A stretch of DNA of 64,000 nucleotides from Treponemataceae bacterium (lineage in GTDB: Bacteria > Spirochaetota > Spirochaetia > Treponematales > Treponemataceae): NCBI GenBank assembly GCA_035352735.1, contig DAOPYF010000001.1, positions 8,385 through 72,384 on the forward strand, read 5' to 3'. Under the pieces are notes generated by a model that was given only the letters and a program-made list of their open reading frames with translations, made no database searches and was not told the origin of the DNA. This document shows, piece by piece, positions 1-7,542 of this stretch (position 1 is its first letter; each line of letters starts with the position of its first letter). The position numbers and the translations under genes were made by a program.

Positions 1-342
1 GGCCGCTCCAGGCGGCAGGTTCTTTTCATGTACTCGATGGGCAACTTCATCTCGGGCCAGCGAAAGGAGATCAACCGGGAGGACCCGGGCGCCTATCGCG
101 AATACACCGGCGACGGCATCGTCATGCGCGTCACGGTTCGCTCGGGCGCGATCGCGGCGGTTCCCGTTCCGGTGACCGTGTACGTCGACCCGGAAGCGGG
201 GCCCGTCTTGAGGCCCTTCGACGCAAGCTTCGTGGCAAGCCTCGCCGAACCGCTCCAGGACTACTATTGCGCGCGATACGCGCTCATGCGCGCGTACCTC
301 CCATTGCCCCCGATGCCCGTCCGCGCTATACTTGAGCAATGA
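1..342 (+). CDS. CapA/PGA_cap family metallophosphatase-fold protein, 3' part (5' end outside window)
   Basis: Frame open from base 1; YSMGNFISGQ matches the C-terminal YSLGNF motif of CapA-family proteins. Confidence 0.65.
   Translation, partial: GRSRRQVLFMYSMGNFISGQRKEINREDPGAYREYTGDGIVMRVTVRSGAIAAVPVPVTVYVDPEAGPVLRPFDASFVASLAEPLQDYYCARYALMRAYLPLPPMPVRAILEQ
304..332 (+). promoter_or_regulatory. sigma70-type promoter of hrpA (probably leaderless)
   Basis: TTGCCC-N17-TATACT, ending 6 nt before ATG 339. Confidence 0.5.
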
Positions 343-2915
343 AACCACATGAACTTCCCGTATACCAGCAAAAACAGCGCATCCTTGACATGCTTTCGCG
401 CAACCAGGTTATCGTCGTCGAAAGCCCTACGGGTTCGGGAAAGACCACGCAATTGCCCATCATCCTCCACGAGGCGGGATACACCTCGAGCGGGATCATC
501 GGTGTGACCCAGCCGCGCCGCATCGCGGCGCTTTCCGTGAGTGATTTCATCGCGCGGCAGCTTGATACCCCAATGCCGGGGCTCGTCGGGTACAAGATGC
601 GCTTCGAGGACAAGACCGACGCCTCGACGCGCATCAAGATCATGACCGACGGCATCCTCCTTCAGGAGATGAAGCTCGATCCCTGGCTCAGCAAATACTC
701 GATGCTCATGGTGGACGAGGCCCACGAGCGGAGCCTAAACATCGATTTCATCCTCGGGCTCCTGAAGCGGGTTATCGCCGAGCGCCATGACTTCAAGGTT
801 ATCGTCTCGTCCGCGACGATCAACACCGAGCTCTTCTCCTCGTATTTCGACGATTGCCCCGTCGTGAAGATCGACGCGATCACCTACCCCGTTACCGTCG
901 TCTACGATCCGCCCGCCGTTCCGCCCTCGGGGGGAAGCATTGCCGCCGACGAGGCGCTCATGGAAAAGATCGCCGCCATTACCGGAAGGATCATGAACGA
1001 CGGCCGCGCGGGGGATATCCTCGTGTTCCTCCCGGGAGAGCGCGCGATCAAGCAGTGCATCGAGCGGCTCTCGGTCGAGAGTTGGTACCGAAAGCTCCAT
1101 ATCCTCCCGCTCTACGGGAGGCTCGGAAAGGACGAGCAGGAGCGCGTGTTCGATCTTCCGCCGTTCGGGAAGAAGAAGATGGTTGTGTCCACGAACATCG
1201 CCGAGACGTCCGTTACCATCAACGGGATCACGAGCGTGATCGACTCGGGACAGGCGAAGCTCAATTTCTACAATCCCCACACCTATACCTCAAGCCTCGT
1301 CGAGGTGCCGGTATCGAAGGCCTCGTGCAACCAGCGAAAGGGTCGCGCGGGACGCACCCGCGAGGGAACCTGCTACCGCCTTTATGAGCGAAACGATTTC
1401 GAGGCGCGCGGGCTCTATACGACCGAGGAGATTTACCGCACGGACCTATCCGAGGTCGTACTTCGGATGGCCGAGCTCGGGATCACGGACTTTGACCAAT
1501 TCGATTTCATCTCGCCCCCGTCCCGCGAGGGGCTTCTCGGCGCGATCGATACCCTGAACCTTCTCGGCGCCCTTTCGCCCGACCGCTCGCTCTCGAAGAT
1601 CGGGCAGATGATGTGCCTCTTTCCCCTGCCCCCACGGCAATCGCGCATGATCGTCGAGGCCATCCTCGGCTATCCGACGGTCGTCGAGGAGGTGCTCATC
1701 GCCTCGGCGTTCCTCTCGGCGCAGAGCCCCTTCATCCTTCCCCCCGGAAAAGAGATGGACGCGCGTCGCGCTCACCACGGGTTCGGCGACCCCCATGGCG
1801 ACTTTGCCTCCTTCCTCAAGATATTCCGCATGCACAAGATGGCGAAGAACCGCTCGAAGTTCTGCGAGATAAGCTTTCTCGACGAGCGCGTCATGGCCGA
1901 GATCGCGAACATCAAGGACCAACTCGAGATGATCGTCTCGGACATGGGCGTGCCGATACTCTCGGGCGGTCCGATCGAGGATTACCTGTGCTCGATCGCC
2001 GCGGGAATGATACAGTTCGTGTGCGTCCGCGACGGGAGGGACTCGTTCCGGAGCCTCACGGCCGAGCGCATCCAGATCCATCCCGGATCGTGCATGTACC
2101 GGGAAAGCCCGCAGTTCATCGTCGCGGGGGAGATCGTCAGGACCTCGCGCATGTACGCGATGTCGGTATCGCCCCTCGATAAGGGGCTTCTCTCGCGGAT
2201 AAGCCCGGACCTCGTGACGAAGCTCACGAAGCACGGAAAGACTACGGAATCGGCGCGTGGCCGCGAGGAGGCACCCGCAAAAGGCGAATCGCCGTCTCGG
2301 GAACGCGGGAAACGGGGCGCGAAGGAAAGCGAGCAGGCGCGTACCGCGAAGCCTCAGGCCGCGGAGACCGTTTCATTCGGCGGCGAGTCCTTTGAGCTCA
2401 CGAAGATTAAGGGAAAGAAGGAACTCGTCCTGCCGATCGAACAACTCATCCGCGCGGTTTCGTCGGTTGACCTCGCCGGTTCCTACACCGCGCAGCTCGG
2501 TGGCCTCAGGGGCAAGGTCGTATCCCATGGGCACGAGCTTTTGGCAGGCGAGAAGATGGAGCTCATCATGCGGGTCGCGACGACCTTTAACCTTGAGACG
2601 GTCGACGCAGACGCGTGGCCGCGGAAACGGAATTTCCTCGTCGCCGAGGACGCGAAGGATCTCGTGGAAAACCTCAAGTGGCTTTTCCGGGTGACGGTCG
2701 CGAAGGAAAAGAGCCGGGAACTCGGCTTTATCTGCCTCTTCAACGATGGTAACGGGCAATACTGGTTTAAGTGCTCTCGCGGCTTCCATACCGCGCTTCA
2801 CGAATCGATCGCGAGCCTCGAGTCGTTCATCGACGAAACCGCCGATACGATCGACGAGCGCTCGAAGGAAACCGTCAGCACGATCTACCGAAAGCTCAAT
2901 AGCTTCTTTAGTTAG
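339..2915 (+). CDS. hrpA: ATP-dependent DEAH-box RNA helicase HrpA
   Basis: PTGSGKTT, TQPRRIAA, DEAHER, SAT, STNIAETSVTI and QRKGRAGR motifs, plus HA2/OB region. Confidence 0.93.
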   Translation: MKPHELPVYQQKQRILDMLSRNQVIVVESPTGSGKTTQLPIILHEAGYTSSGIIGVTQPRRIAALSVSDFIARQLDTPMPGLVGYKMRFEDKTDASTRIKIMTDGILLQEMKLDPWLSKYSMLMVDEAHERSLNIDFILGLLKRVIAERHDFKVIVSSATINTELFSSYFDDCPVVKIDAITYPVTVVYDPPAVPPSGGSIAADEALMEKIAAITGRIMNDGRAGDILVFLPGERAIKQCIERLSVESWYRKLHILPLYGRLGKDEQERVFDLPPFGKKKMVVSTNIAETSVTINGITSVIDSGQAKLNFYNPHTYTSSLVEVPVSKASCNQRKGRAGRTREGTCYRLYERNDFEARGLYTTEEIYRTDLSEVVLRMAELGITDFDQFDFISPPSREGLLGAIDTLNLLGALSPDRSLSKIGQMMCLFPLPPRQSRMIVEAILGYPTVVEEVLIASAFLSAQSPFILPPGKEMDARRAHHGFGDPHGDFASFLKIFRMHKMAKNRSKFCEISFLDERVMAEIANIKDQLEMIVSDMGVPILSGGPIEDYLCSIAAGMIQFVCVRDGRDSFRSLTAERIQIHPGSCMYRESPQFIVAGEIVRTSRMYAMSVSPLDKGLLSRISPDLVTKLTKHGKTTESARGREEAPAKGESPSRERGKRGAKESEQARTAKPQAAETVSFGGESFELTKIKGKKELVLPIEQLIRAVSSVDLAGSYTAQLGGLRGKVVSHGHELLAGEKMELIMRVATTFNLETVDADAWPRKRNFLVAEDAKDLVENLKWLFRVTVAKEKSRELGFICLFNDGNGQYWFKCSRGFHTALHESIASLESFIDETADTIDERSKETVSTIYRKLNSFFS

Positions 2916-2973
2916 AGGAGTCATCCTTCGCTGACGGGATCTTCATCCTCGGTAAGAGCCCGCACGGAAAACT

Positions 2974-3006
2974 AAGCGGCGCGTTCGTTTCCCGAATTCG
3001 CCGCTT
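2974..3006. terminator. Hairpin between convergent hrpA and hemW, possibly a bidirectional terminator
   Basis: AAGCGGCG...CGCCGCTT outer stem with inner TTCG/CGAA stem; only weak U tracts. Confidence 0.45.
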
Positions 3007-3012
3007 GTTGGT

Positions 3013-4224
3013 TTACCCGAGTTCGTCCATGGCGTCCGATAAAAAACGGTTGAGGAAGAGAATCCCTTCCCGCGTGAGCGCGATGCGCTCCGGTTCGTCG
3101 ATCAAAAGCCCGCGCGCGGCCCATGAGGCGATCGTTTTCGGGATGCAGGAGGCGATTTTGACCCCGAAACGGGCGGTAAAGCGGGCCTTCGCGATTCCCT
3201 CCCTGAGGCGCATGCCCATGAGGAGCACCTCGGACATCAGTTCATTCCTCGAGATTCGCTCAACCCTTCTTCCCGCGCGCGGATCGGCGAACCATGCGGC
3301 GACGTCCTTCGTGTTCGTAAACCGCGTGGCTTCGTCCCCCGAGACGATGGTTCCCGTGGCGCCGGGCCCAACCCCGATATAGGTGTCGAGTTTCCAGTAG
3401 GTCATGTTATGGAGGCTTTCGCAGCCGGGCATCGCGAAGTTCGAGACCTCGTATTGCGCGAAGCCCCGCGATTCGAGCCAATCCCTTCCGGCGAGCCAAA
3501 TATCCGCGGCCGCGTCTTCGTCGGGGAGTTCCGCGACGAGCGAGGCATCAAGCCGTTTCGAAAGCGGCGTGCCTTCCTCTATGGTGAGGGAATACAGCGA
3601 AAGGTGATCGGGACGATACGGGAGAAGCCGCTCGAGATCGGCGATGAGGCCGCGCGCGGTTTGTCCCGGAAGCCCCGCGACGAGATCGAGCGAGAGTCTT
3701 CCTTTCCAGACGCGTGACACGAGCTCGAGTGCCTCAATCGTCTTTGCCGCGCACCCGCGCCTTCCGACGGCGGCGAGGCATGCGTCATCGAGGCTCTGGA
3801 CGCCGATGGAAAGCCGATTGATCCCCGCGCGCGCGCAGGACGCGAGCCACGCCTCGCCGATATCCTCGGGATTCGCCTCGATCGTCCATTCGTCGATATT
3901 CCGCTGACTCAGCGCGCCATGACCGCTGATCGCGCTTCCCAGGCGCCCAAGGTCTTCGCAAGAAAGGAGACTCGGGGTACCGCCTCCGATATAGACCGTT
4001 TTCCACCCGGTAATCCCGTAATCCGCGCGCCACGCGTTGATTTCTCGCGCGAGGCCATCGACGATTCGGGCCGTGAGCGCGCTAACCTCCCGGCAGTCCA
4101 CGGGAAAGGCGCTGGGAATGAGCGAGAAAAAATCGCAGTAATCGCATTTTTTGAGGCACAGCGGGATGTGGGCGTAGAGGGACGCTTCCCCGACGGGACG
4201 ATCGGTCAGGCTAGAGCTTCCCAA
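3013..4224 (-). CDS. hemW: Radical SAM heme chaperone HemW (HemN-like)
   Basis: YAHIPLCLKKCDYC (CxxxCxxC), GGGTPS, EANP, YEVSNF and the HemW-type HNMTYW motif. Confidence 0.9.
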   Translation of the reverse strand: MGSSSLTDRPVGEASLYAHIPLCLKKCDYCDFFSLIPSAFPVDCREVSALTARIVDGLAREINAWRADYGITGWKTVYIGGGTPSLLSCEDLGRLGSAISGHGALSQRNIDEWTIEANPEDIGEAWLASCARAGINRLSIGVQSLDDACLAAVGRRGCAAKTIEALELVSRVWKGRLSLDLVAGLPGQTARGLIADLERLLPYRPDHLSLYSLTIEEGTPLSKRLDASLVAELPDEDAAADIWLAGRDWLESRGFAQYEVSNFAMPGCESLHNMTYWKLDTYIGVGPGATGTIVSGDEATRFTNTKDVAAWFADPRAGRRVERISRNELMSEVLLMGMRLREGIAKARFTARFGVKIASCIPKTIASWAARGLLIDEPERIALTREGILFLNRFLSDAMDELG

Positions 4225-4948
4225 AGCGGCTGAATGGCCAGTACCTGAGGAGCACCTTTCCCCGCACGCGCTTGGCGTCGACGGTACCCCACACGCGTGA
4301 GTCGCTCGCGCTGAGGCGGGTATCGCAGAGCACGAAGAATTGGCCTTCGGGGAGCGTCATCTCGGGGAATGAGCCCGAGAGCGGCAGGGTTTCGGACCAG
4401 GATTCCGGAAGCTTCGCGAGGGTGAGATCGTACGGCTCGGGCGAAAGCTCGAACTCGGTCAGGTAATGCGAGCTTCCAGCAGGCTTTACGTGGAGGATAA
4501 AGTCCTTAAGGTAGATCGAGTCGCCCGGAAAGGCCACGAGCCTGCGAATAACCGGCATCTCCCCGCTCGAGTCGCGGCAGCCGGCGAGATGTATTTTCTG
4601 GAAGGTCGCGAACGAGACGAAGGCGTTCGCGAGCCTCAGAAGGCCGCCGGCGTCGTCGGGAAATGCTGGGTCGATGACGACGAGGTCGCCGCGGGACGGA
4701 GGGATGAGCGGGGAAAAGCCCGTTTTCTCCCGGGGTTCGTTGCTGTAGAGCGGGGTCGAAAGCACGCAATCCCCCGCCTCGAGCACCGGGGCCATGGTAT
4801 CGGCCTTAATCTCGTACATGGTAATGAGGTTGCGATGGACGATGGTGAAGACGACAAGAATCGAAATGACCAGGACGATAAACGCGAAAACCGCGCGCCG
4901 TTCTTCCAGCTGGGCCGAATATGAATACTTGTGCCATTTAGCCGGCAT
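4211..4948 (-). CDS. lepB: Signal peptidase I (S26) family protein with substituted catalytic dyad
   Basis: N-terminal TM; box C RGDLVV; box E DSRVWG and RYWP. Box B reads KADTMAP and box D reads VIRRLVAFPGD. Confidence 0.8.
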   Translation of the reverse strand: MPAKWHKYSYSAQLEERRAVFAFIVLVISILVVFTIVHRNLITMYEIKADTMAPVLEAGDCVLSTPLYSNEPREKTGFSPLIPPSRGDLVVIDPAFPDDAGGLLRLANAFVSFATFQKIHLAGCRDSSGEMPVIRRLVAFPGDSIYLKDFILHVKPAGSSHYLTEFELSPEPYDLTLAKLPESWSETLPLSGSFPEMTLPEGQFFVLCDTRLSASDSRVWGTVDAKRVRGKVLLRYWPFSRFGKL

Positions 4949-5004
4949 TGATGTGTCCTCTCAGGCGGTCGAAATTGGTAAAAGGGTATCATGAAGGGCT
5001 CTCG

Positions 5005-5034
5005 TTGACAAGTATTGGCGCAAACTTCTATACT
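5005..5034 (+). promoter_or_regulatory. sigma70 promoter of smpB (leaderless), overlapping the divergent lepB promoter
   Basis: TTGACA-N18-TATACT, 7 nt before ATG 5042. Confidence 0.6.
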
Positions 5035-5041
5035 TCCCCCG

Positions 5042-5509
5042 ATGAATACGAGTGCCGTCAAGCCCGTCGCGCAAAACCGTAAGGCGCGATTTAACTATAC
5101 CGTCGAAGACTCTATCGAATGCGGAATCGTTCTCGAGGGAACCGAGGTCAAATCGGTCCGCGCGGGGAACATCTCCTTTCCCGACGCCTTCGCCGAAATC
5201 AGATCGGGCGAGGTTTGGCTTATCGGCTTTCACGTGACGCCGTACGTGTATTCCTCGATCTTCAACCATGACCCCGACCGACCCAAGAAGCTCCTGCTCC
5301 ATAAAGACGAGATCAAGCGGCTCACCCGCAAGTTCGAGGAAAAGGGGTTCTCGCTCATCCCCCTCGAGGTATACCTCAAAAACGGGATCGTAAAGATTCA
5401 GCTCGGTATCTGCAAGGGCAAAAAGTTGTTTGATAAGCGGGCCGATATTCGCGAACGGGACGTCAAACGAGACATCCAGCGCGAATTCCGCAAAAAGAGT
5501 GATGGATAG
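5042..5509 (+). CDS. smpB: SsrA-binding protein SmpB
   Basis: NRKARFNY, GIVLEGTEVKSVR, KKLLLHK, GKKLFDKR; ATG 5042 preferred over TTG 5015. Confidence 0.97.
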   Translation: MNTSAVKPVAQNRKARFNYTVEDSIECGIVLEGTEVKSVRAGNISFPDAFAEIRSGEVWLIGFHVTPYVYSSIFNHDPDRPKKLLLHKDEIKRLTRKFEEKGFSLIPLEVYLKNGIVKIQLGICKGKKLFDKRADIRERDVKRDIQREFRKKSDG

Positions 5510-5525
5510 GATGTATACTGGGAGC

Positions 5526-6404
5526 ATGAAGGCCGTCGCGCGCGCGTTATGCATCGGGTTCCTCTTGATCTCCCCGCTTCTTCGCGCGGGCGCGCAAGGT
5601 TTGCCCGCCGTCGCCGTCTACTCCCTCACTTCGAACGACGTTGGCGAAAACGTCTCGAAAACCGTAAACGACCTCGTTTATTCGTTCATCCGCGAATTAC
5701 GCAACTACCGCGTCATCGACCTTAGGGCAGAAGCAACCCCGCGTGATCTCGGCGTTCCCGACGGCGCCGACTACATCTTCTACGGAAATCTTATAAGCCA
5801 GGCCGATGGCATCAAGCTCGAGCTCGTGCTCAAGGGCGGCCCCCAGCGGGTTACCCGGCTCATCTCGCGCGTATACGAAAACTCGAACCTCATCCTCCTT
5901 GAGTCCCGTATCCTCGTTCGCGATCTCTTCGATACCTCCGTCGCCCTGCCCGACGCCGAGCTCCCAAAAACCGCTCAAGCAAACCGTGCCGACTCGAATG
6001 CCGTGCCCGATAAGGGCGTATTGGGGCCCGTTACGGACCTTGACGCGCTCGCGGGCTCCTGGAAGGGCGAATCCGGCGTCGAGAAGGTGATGCTCTTGCG
6101 CGGGGGACGCGGGGTCGCGGTGCTCTCGAGCGGGGTGTCGATCCCGCTTGAGCTCATGCTGTCCGATGGGATTCTCGTCGTTCGGCAAAAAGGCCCGCAG
6201 AATATCCGGCAGTTCATCGACCTGCCCGATCCCGTGGCCCGACAAGCCGTTGCCGTGGCGCCGCCGCTTGAATGGTACCTGATGGTTTCATCCGATCAAA
6301 AGACGCTCGGAGGGACGAAAAAGACCGTGCGCATCAAGAACGACGGAAAGAATATCCTGACGATGGAAAACCTGTCGATTGACGTTATCTGGAGCCGCGA
6401 ATAG
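5526..6404 (+). CDS. Exported spirochaete-conserved protein (TP0183-like)
   Basis: Signal peptide MKAVARALCIGFLLISPLLRAGAQ; position after smpB; TolB_N/CsgG-like N-terminal pattern. Confidence 0.55.
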   Translation: MKAVARALCIGFLLISPLLRAGAQGLPAVAVYSLTSNDVGENVSKTVNDLVYSFIRELRNYRVIDLRAEATPRDLGVPDGADYIFYGNLISQADGIKLELVLKGGPQRVTRLISRVYENSNLILLESRILVRDLFDTSVALPDAELPKTAQANRADSNAVPDKGVLGPVTDLDALAGSWKGESGVEKVMLLRGGRGVAVLSSGVSIPLELMLSDGILVVRQKGPQNIRQFIDLPDPVARQAVAVAPPLEWYLMVSSDQKTLGGTKKTVRIKNDGKNILTMENLSIDVIWSRE

Positions 6405-6407
6405 GGC

Positions 6408-6980
6408 TTAGCGCCTTCGCAAAGCCGACTCAGGGACCTGTACCGCGCCTTGCCGGATGACGCGATAGGCGTCTCCGGTCGCGTCGATGATGGTCGAGGC
6501 CGCTGCCTCCGGATGGTCGCCGTCGTCAACGATGAGGTCCGCTATCGCGCCGAACTGGGCGATGATATCACCGATCTTCCTGAGCGCCGCTTCCCCCGCC
6601 CTATTGACGCTCGTCGAGTATATCGGGGCGCCCGTTTTCTCGAGCACCGAACGGAGCCACGCGTCTCCCGGGCAGCGGAACGCGGTCGTTCCGCCATCCT
6701 TGTTCCGGACGATAATCGTTATCGCGCCGGGCCACAGGGCAAGCAGGTCCGGGTTGATCGCGTCGGTTGAATAGCGCGCAAGGTCTTCGCTTCGCGCGAT
6801 GAGCTGGATAAAGGGTTTCCCCTCGTCGCGGCCTTTTGCCTTGACGATGAGCGCGTTGGACTCGGGCACGATGCCGGAAAAGCCGTAGATGGTGTCGGTC
6901 GGGATAATGACAAGGCGCCCTTCGCGAAGGAATCGCGCGGCGCAATCAGCCGAATCTGAGGATTTTCTTGAGATGACCAT
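6408..6980 (-). CDS. tsaC: L-threonylcarbamoyladenylate synthase (YrdC/Sua5)
   Basis: PTDTIYG, KGRDEGKP, WPGAITI, STSVNRAG, STIID. Confidence 0.92.
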   Translation of the reverse strand: MVISRKSSDSADCAARFLREGRLVIIPTDTIYGFSGIVPESNALIVKAKGRDEGKPFIQLIARSEDLARYSTDAINPDLLALWPGAITIIVRNKDGGTTAFRCPGDAWLRSVLEKTGAPIYSTSVNRAGEAALRKIGDIIAQFGAIADLIVDDGDHPEAAASTIIDATGDAYRVIRQGAVQVPESALRRR

Positions 6981-7407
6981 GTTTTTTCTCCCCCGAAAGA
7001 AGCGATAGCGCGATTGAGCTGAGGATATAGGCGAAAAGGCCGACGAGCTTGCATCCCCATTCGGGGAAATAGCGGGGCTTCTCGACCTCGATGGCCGATC
7101 CGGCGATCATCTTTCGGTTAATTCCGCCGGTAAACCCCGCAAGCTTGATCAGGTGCTCGCCTTCGTTAATGAGCCCCAACTCGTGCGCGTATACGGAGAT
7201 AGTGTCTGGATCTGCGGATAGATTGTCAAGGGATGATTTAAGGTCGGCATTCAAGGCGGTAAGGTTTTCAAGGTTTTCGGAAAGCCGAGCCTTTTCGCAT
7301 TCGAGTTGCTGCATTGCCCTGATGCCCTTAGGGCCAAAACAGATTCCGAATAGACTGTATGCGGCGATCCCGATAAAAACGGGCACCAGGATCCTGAACA
7401 GTTTCAT
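6946..7407 (-). CDS. ftsB: Septum formation initiator family protein (FtsB/DivIC)
   Basis: TM, FGPKG, leucine-zipper coiled coil, then DPDTISVYAHELGLINEGE. Confidence 0.75.
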   Translation of the reverse strand: MKLFRILVPVFIGIAAYSLFGICFGPKGIRAMQQLECEKARLSENLENLTALNADLKSSLDNLSADPDTISVYAHELGLINEGEHLIKLAGFTGGINRKMIAGSAIEVEKPRYFPEWGCKLVGLFAYILSSIALSLLSGEKKHGHLKKILRFG

Positions 7408-7451
7408 GTTACGTACCTTAACGGCAGAAAACCCGGTATTCTTGAATTTAA

Positions 7452-7480
7452 TTGACAGGAATAATTCACTAATATACATT
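7452..7480 (+). promoter_or_regulatory. sigma70-type promoter candidate
   Basis: TTGACA-N17-TACATT. Confidence 0.5.
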
Positions 7481-7507
7481 TAAAATACTAGACAAAAATG
7501 CCGATAA
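7481..7507 (+). promoter_or_regulatory. sigma28 (FliA) promoter
   Basis: TAAA(7481-84)-N15-GCCGATAA(7500-07), an exact match to the sigma28 consensus, upstream of the RBS GGGGAG and ATG 7543. Confidence 0.75.
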
Positions 7508-7542
7508 GTAAAAAGAGTGATCTTTTTTCCGGGGAGTGCCGT

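Noticed and set aside
7498-7542. ATG 7498 as the start of the acidic protein
   Set aside because: Overlaps the sigma28 -10 box and has no RBS; ATG 7543 follows GGGGAG
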